Shown: piece after piece, positions 59,040-64,000 of the stretch
How positions within the stretch are numbered: position 1 is the first letter of the stretch
Layout of the letters: each line of letters opens with the position of its first letter
NCBI GenBank assembly: GCA_017522765.1
Contig: JAFWYG010000001.1
Location: 411,291-475,290 of the forward strand
Source: Clostridia bacterium
Lineage (GTDB): Bacteria > Bacillota > Clostridia > TANB77 > UBA1234
Length of the DNA: 64,000 nt
Direction: 5' to 3'
The notes under the pieces: model-generated
Seen by the model: only the letters and a program-made list of their open reading frames with translations
The model's database searches: none
Told to the model about the DNA's origin: nothing
Made by a program: the position numbers and the translations under genes

Positions 59040-59654
59040 ATGGGCACATATATAATTACAGCAATAACATATATATTAATAATTACAAATTGGATATTAG
59101 GAGAGCGTTTATATAAAGAGCCTAATAATAGAGCTTTCTTTAACAACGTAACTACAATGAATCTTGCTAGAGAAAGATATATTACAGCAAATCCAAAATA
59201 CATATTAAGATTATCACTTTGCACAGGTATATTTATGGGATTCTATTTGGGTCTTGCAAATCTTGAAGGTATAGATCATACAATTACAGTACCAACATTA
59301 GTGACTCTTTTTGGCGTATACTTAATGGAACTTACAAGAACAATTAGTTTAAAAGAAGGTAAGCTTAAATTCTCAAGATTTTTATATATTCCAAAAGAAT
59401 TTGATGTTATGAGAATAACAGGAATGTATATTTATAGTTATAATAAAAAGTTCTTGAAAAATCATGCTTATACAACAAAACTAGTTGTGGTTGAAGACAA
59501 TGGTAAAAAACACAAATTTTCTTTATCGAGCTTAGACAACAAAGCGGTACTTAATCTAATGAAAGATACATTTGGTGTAACAAACAACAAAATGTATATT
59601 GCAAAGACAAGAGATTTACCAGCTAAGCAAGTATATAAAGATGTAAATGGATAA
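59040..59654 (+). CDS. hypothetical membrane protein
   Basis: Three hydrophobic segments. SD AAGGAGGG. Confidence 0.4.
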   Translation: MGTYIITAITYILIITNWILGERLYKEPNNRAFFNNVTTMNLARERYITANPKYILRLSLCTGIFMGFYLGLANLEGIDHTITVPTLVTLFGVYLMELTRTISLKEGKLKFSRFLYIPKEFDVMRITGMYIYSYNKKFLKNHAYTTKLVVVEDNGKKHKFSLSSLDNKAVLNLMKDTFGVTNNKMYIAKTRDLPAKQVYKDVNG

Positions 59655-59769
59655 GAATAGAGATGTCGCGTTAGCGGCATCTTTTTTTATTTACTTTAAA
59701 TTGAAACGTGTATATTTTTCACATACTTGGTAAAAATTACTTATGAGAAAATGGAAGAGGAGTGATTTG

Positions 59770-60054
59770 ATGACAAGTAACACAAATAAAAACGTTATAT
59801 GCGTGAAAGATATTCCGTCAAATATTATTGAAGAGGCAATTTTTATTTTAAAAGAAGATATTGATGAAGATACTGTTGATATAAGAAAAGAAATTGCTCG
59901 TGATGAAGCGGAAGAGTTTTTGAGTGAATATGTAATTGATTTAGAAAACATACATCGAAAAAACATTAAGGAAAAGAAAATAAATTTAAAACAAATTCTA
60001 TCTGGAGTTATACTTGTTATAGTAGGAATGATAGGAATATTATTGTTAAAATAA
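59770..60054 (+). CDS. small acidic tail-anchored membrane protein
   Basis: 95 aa with an acidic N-terminal domain and a single C-terminal TM (ILSGVILVIVGMIGILLL). SD GGAAGAGGAG precedes ATG 59770. Confidence 0.4.
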   Translation: MTSNTNKNVICVKDIPSNIIEEAIFILKEDIDEDTVDIRKEIARDEAEEFLSEYVIDLENIHRKNIKEKKINLKQILSGVILVIVGMIGILLLK

Positions 60055-60137
60055 TTCTAAGTTTAAAAGTTGAACATATATTTCTAGTGGGTGATAATTG
60101 TGATTTATGTGAAAATCAAACTAAGGAATATAAGAAA

Positions 60138-60725
60138 ATGGTGATAAAGATACATATATACGTATTTTTAATGATGGCATATATGTATGCATGTGGAATG
60201 TTAGATGTATTTTTTGTTTATTATGTGTTTGTAATTATGCATGAATTAGCACATATTTTAGTGGCGCTTTCGTGCAAAGTTGATGTACCAGAAATTACTT
60301 TATTACCAATCGGAATAAATGCAAAATACGAAGGAAAAATTTCGACGCAAAAAGAATTTTTAATATCACTGGCAGGCCCTCTTGCCAGTTTTTTATTTTT
60401 TAGAATAATAAAAAATCCACTTTATTCTACATTTAACTTAATAATTTGTTTAATAAATTTGATGCCCGTTCTTCCTTTTGATGGCGGAAAAATTTTGAAT
60501 TCTTTTTTAAAAAAAGAAAATAAATTTAAAATAAATAATTTTGTAAGTAAAATTTTTGCTTTAGGTTTATTTTACTTGGGGATATATCAAATGCTTATTT
60601 ACAAAAATTATTATTTTATAATTTTTGCTGGATATGTATATAGTATTTCAAAAGAGGAGTTAAAAAAAGAAAAGCTGTGTAGGGTAATTGACTATTTACA
60701 AACAAAGCAAGAAACAGTAAACTAA
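60138..60725 (+). CDS. M50-family (site-2 protease, SpoIVFB-like) membrane metalloprotease lacking a CBS domain
   Basis: HELAHIL (HExxH), LLPIG, AGPL and NLMPVLPFDGGKIL (NxxPxxxxDG) motifs. The start is ambiguous (GTG 60087 has no SD; ATG 60138). Confidence 0.65.
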   Translation: MVIKIHIYVFLMMAYMYACGMLDVFFVYYVFVIMHELAHILVALSCKVDVPEITLLPIGINAKYEGKISTQKEFLISLAGPLASFLFFRIIKNPLYSTFNLIICLINLMPVLPFDGGKILNSFLKKENKFKINNFVSKIFALGLFYLGIYQMLIYKNYYFIIFAGYVYSISKEELKKEKLCRVIDYLQTKQETVN

Positions 60726-60743
60726 ATAATAGAGGTGAAGTGG

Positions 60744-63700
60744 ATGTTTACGAACGAAAAAGGTTATTCACTAAGTGTATTAGTTATAACAATTGCTGTT
60801 ATGTTGATACTTACAATGACAGCCGTTGTTACACTTAGAAATGTGACTGCAGATAGAGAAGTTACTAACTTTATGAGTGATTTGCAAGAAGTTGAACAAT
60901 TCGCAAAAGAATACTATGCAAAGAAAGGTGTTATTCCTGCTTTATATGGTGAAAATGGTCTTGCGGTAGAATATACAATGGACCCTGAAGCACAGATTCA
61001 AGCAAGTGATACAGATACGGGAAAATATTATAGAGTTGACCTTTCAAAACTAGGAAGTTTAAATCTTGTAGATTCTCAAAGAGGATATGTAATCAATGAA
61101 GGTTCGTTAAAAATATATGTTACAACCCCTTTAACGTATCAAGGAATTAAATATTTTACATTAACAGATGAAATGTTAGGTATAAATAGAGTTTATGGAG
61201 CAGACGAATCTTTTGAAATAAAAGTGACGGGTAATCCACTAGCGTGGACAACGGGATGCAAACTTATAGTATCTGTTCCAGATGAACCTAATGTAAATGA
61301 TTTGTGGACGTTTAAATATTTTAAAGGTGGTCCTATTAATGCTGATCAATTTAAAACTATGGGAAACTTTTTTGAGTATGGTGACACGATAGAAGTTACA
61401 GAAAATGATATCTATAGTATATATGTAGAAAATGCAGAAGGATTTGCAAAAGTTACAAATGTAATTGTAAATAAAGTGGATGATATAGAACCGTATATTT
61501 ATACAACGGCTGACAACAATATTGTAATTAGAGACGATGAAACTGGTATTTCTAGAGTAATGTACAAAATAGTAAATTATGCAATTCCAGAAAATAAAAG
61601 AGCGGAAAACGACAAAACAGTAGAAGCATATTTCCAAGGTACACAAAGTCATTTGCCAGAAGCTGCACAAGAAGGACGTTGGTCATATGTGGAAGCATAT
61701 ACAGGTGAAAAAGTAGAGGGTGTTACAGCAAGTGTTGGAAAAAGCATAACAACATATAAGTCAGAATATGAAGAATACCTAAGAGTATATAATGAGCATG
61801 AAGCTGCAGGAAATGATTTAAGAGCTTTAGATGCTGAATATCCACAATTTCAATATAGTGGAGAACCGTACGGTGATGATGTACAAAACATAGTATTATA
61901 TGTAGAAGATTTTGCTGGAAATAGAAGTGTAACAGATAGAAACAATGTGATGTATAAAGTTTCTAGAAAAATGTTATTAGATAGTAATTTCGTTGATACA
62001 ATTCTTAAACCACTAAACGGGGCAAAAGTTGTTATTAATGAAGATGCGGTATATACAAATAATAGACATGTATCTTTAACATTAAAAGCACAAGGTTCAA
62101 GCTTAATGTATTTTTCTTATGCTGGAGACGAAGATGTGGCAGATATTACTTGGATGCCACACTCAGGTTTTGTATCAGATTATGAATTGAAAGATGAAAA
62201 TGGTGAAATAGAGCTATTTGCATATTTTACAGCAAATCAAACTGATGAAGATGGCGATTTAATATATGCAGTAGCATCAGACAAGATATTCTTGGATACA
62301 AAGAAGCCAACAACAACTGCACCGACAGTTGATGAAATAGGTTATGATATGAAACTTACAGTTCATAATAAACAAGAAGACAAGGAAAGTGGAATTGATA
62401 AAGTTGTTTATGGTTATAAAAAAGCAGATGATTTGCAATACACTTGGGTTGAAAAATTAAAAGATGTAATATTAGAACCTCAAACAATTTATCATGTTAG
62501 AACAAGAGCAACAGATAAAGCTGGAAACGTAAGCGAGTCTGATGTAACAGAAATAAGAACACCTGCAGCTCACGCGAGAACATTACCTAATGAACCTGCG
62601 ATGGCAACAGGTATGAAAGCTATTATTTGGGATGGTACATTACAAAGACCGGAAGATGAAATAGAGATAAATCCAAATACTTGGATGACAGCAAATGGTG
62701 AAAAAGTAACATGGTACAACTATTCTTTAGGAAATGGAATGACTGATTCAAAAGAAAGCATCTGGGCAAATGCAAAAACGATGGACGGAAGTTACTGGGT
62801 ATGGATACCACGTTATGCATACAAAATAATCTATTACTCTAACAGTTCAAAAACAGAGGTAAAAGGTTATTATCAAAACTCAACAACTGATGGAATAAAT
62901 TATTTTGAAGCAGATGGAAAAACAGTTGCTGCAAATCCAGATGATGTAAGATCAATTTATGCATCTGTAGATATAATGTTCTTAAGTGGAACATCAAATA
63001 CACAATATAGAGAAGAAAACTTAATAAATAATGAAATTACAGTTAAGAATCTTTCTAATGAATATATCGTGCATCCAGCATTCCAAAGAATAGAAGATTC
63101 TATAGTACACAATGCAGATGGTAATTGGTCAAATGATTTAACTGGTATATGGGTTGCAAAATTTGAAGCTTCAAGAAGCGATGCAACCATTGAAGATCCT
63201 GGTGAGTCAAATACAATAAAGTCAGTGCCAAGTGTTAAGAGTTTCACAAATATAAAAATTGGCGATGCATATGATTATTCTTCTGTAATGTATCCTGCTT
63301 TATCGTCACATATGATGAAGAGTAGTGAATGGGGAGCAACAGCATATCTTGCGTTTAGTGCGTATGGTAGAAATGGTTATGAAATGTCTGCTAATAGATG
63401 TTCCGGTTATATAACTGGTGGCGGTGGTGCTGGAACTGGAACGTATTCACCATCAGTAAATCAATTTAACAACAACTATGCGTATGATGCTACTGGAACA
63501 GATTCGAGAGCTGGTATGCACGCATCAACAACAGGAAATATATATGGTGTATATGATTTAGCCGGTGGAGCTGGAGAATATGTAGCCACATACCTGTTAA
63601 ATATGGAAGATAATATATCTGAAAATGGAACATCATTAACAGATACAGTAATGCCATACATGAGAGAAGCGTATAATGTAGGCGATCCTGATGGCCCATT

Positions 63701-63950
63701 AAATAACTATAAGAAAAATGGTGTAACAGAAAATGTTCATGGAAATGCAATATATGAAACTTCAACTCATTATGTTGGAAATAATGCTATTTTTGGAGAT
63801 ACTTCTAAGTATCCAAGTGGCAATAACCCATTCTTTATAAGAGGTGGAGAAGCCAAAGATGGTGCTGGAGCTGGTATATTTAGTTTTGAAGAAGCTGACG
63901 GAGCGGCAAACGAAACTACCGGATTTAGACCTGTATTAGCATTTAGATAA
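60744..63950 (+). CDS. giant protein with prepilin-like N-terminus, repetitive beta-rich middle and a conserved C-terminal unknown domain with Gly-rich loops (paralog of 25273..26487)
   Basis: N-terminus MFTNEKG|YSLSVLVITIAVMLIL. Shares WVWIPRYAYKI, IVHPAF, GIWVAKFEASRS and HMMKSSEWGATAYLAFSAY with the 404-aa protein. Gly-rich segments GGGGAGTG and GGAGE. SD GAGGTGAAG. Confidence 0.55.
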   Translation: MFTNEKGYSLSVLVITIAVMLILTMTAVVTLRNVTADREVTNFMSDLQEVEQFAKEYYAKKGVIPALYGENGLAVEYTMDPEAQIQASDTDTGKYYRVDLSKLGSLNLVDSQRGYVINEGSLKIYVTTPLTYQGIKYFTLTDEMLGINRVYGADESFEIKVTGNPLAWTTGCKLIVSVPDEPNVNDLWTFKYFKGGPINADQFKTMGNFFEYGDTIEVTENDIYSIYVENAEGFAKVTNVIVNKVDDIEPYIYTTADNNIVIRDDETGISRVMYKIVNYAIPENKRAENDKTVEAYFQGTQSHLPEAAQEGRWSYVEAYTGEKVEGVTASVGKSITTYKSEYEEYLRVYNEHEAAGNDLRALDAEYPQFQYSGEPYGDDVQNIVLYVEDFAGNRSVTDRNNVMYKVSRKMLLDSNFVDTILKPLNGAKVVINEDAVYTNNRHVSLTLKAQGSSLMYFSYAGDEDVADITWMPHSGFVSDYELKDENGEIELFAYFTANQTDEDGDLIYAVASDKIFLDTKKPTTTAPTVDEIGYDMKLTVHNKQEDKESGIDKVVYGYKKADDLQYTWVEKLKDVILEPQTIYHVRTRATDKAGNVSESDVTEIRTPAAHARTLPNEPAMATGMKAIIWDGTLQRPEDEIEINPNTWMTANGEKVTWYNYSLGNGMTDSKESIWANAKTMDGSYWVWIPRYAYKIIYYSNSSKTEVKGYYQNSTTDGINYFEADGKTVAANPDDVRSIYASVDIMFLSGTSNTQYREENLINNEITVKNLSNEYIVHPAFQRIEDSIVHNADGNWSNDLTGIWVAKFEASRSDATIEDPGESNTIKSVPSVKSFTNIKIGDAYDYSSVMYPALSSHMMKSSEWGATAYLAFSAYGRNGYEMSANRCSGYITGGGGAGTGTYSPSVNQFNNNYAYDATGTDSRAGMHASTTGNIYGVYDLAGGAGEYVATYLLNMEDNISENGTSLTDTVMPYMREAYNVGDPDGPLNNYKKNGVTENVHGNAIYETSTHYVGNNAIFGDTSKYPSGNNPFFIRGGEAKDGAGAGIFSFEEADGAANETTGFRPVLAFR

Positions 63951-63957
63951 TAGTTAA

Positions 63958-63988
63958 AAGCAATCGGATTTTCCGGTTGCTTTTTTTA
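63958..63988 (+). terminator. intrinsic terminator
   Basis: GCAAUCGG/CCGGUUGC hairpin (one G-U pair) followed by T7. Confidence 0.65.
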
Positions 63989-64000
63989 TAAATGGGACAC

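Noticed and set aside
1-64000. Prophage, ICE or transposon boundaries
   Set aside because: No integrase, recombinase, transposase, terminal inverted repeats or tRNA attachment sites were found. The GC-rich genes are single-gene insertions without mobility genes.

Overview
This is about 64 kb of chromosome from a low-GC (roughly 28-35% GC background) endospore-forming Firmicute, Clostridia-like; spo0A is present. Most of the window is housekeeping: coaB (partial), murF, alr, mntP, trmFO, cysK, fhs, aspS with a T-box leader, ruvX/ireB/DUF1292, htrA, suhB-like and a D-Ala-D-Ala carboxypeptidase. Accessory or unusual content is scattered among them. (1) A GC-rich two-gene candidate RiPP locus: a compact radical-SAM/SPASM enzyme followed by a 60-aa Cys/Asp-rich peptide. 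(2) A 14-codon leader ORF with four consecutive Cys codons plus terminator/antiterminator hairpins upstream of cysK, a candidate ribosome-mediated cysteine attenuator. (3) A translationally coupled operon of a GspS-like ATP-grasp ligase, an unknown protein and a homospermidine-synthase-like enzyme. (4) A 1012-aa protein with a receiver-like N-terminus, about 5.5 copies of an 81-bp coiled-coil tandem repeat, a Pro-rich linker and a degenerate MinD/ParA-like C-terminus, sitting where alaS normally precedes ireB-ruvX. (5) Two paralogous proteins with prepilin-like N-termini and a shared unknown domain, the larger one downstream of a SpoIVFB-like M50 protease. (6) Several single-gene islands at about 45-58% GC in a roughly 30% GC background: an alpha-glucan phosphorylase, a 592-aa unknown, small hypotheticals and a second small alarmone hydrolase. 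No rRNA, tRNA, CRISPR, integrase or transposase was detected.
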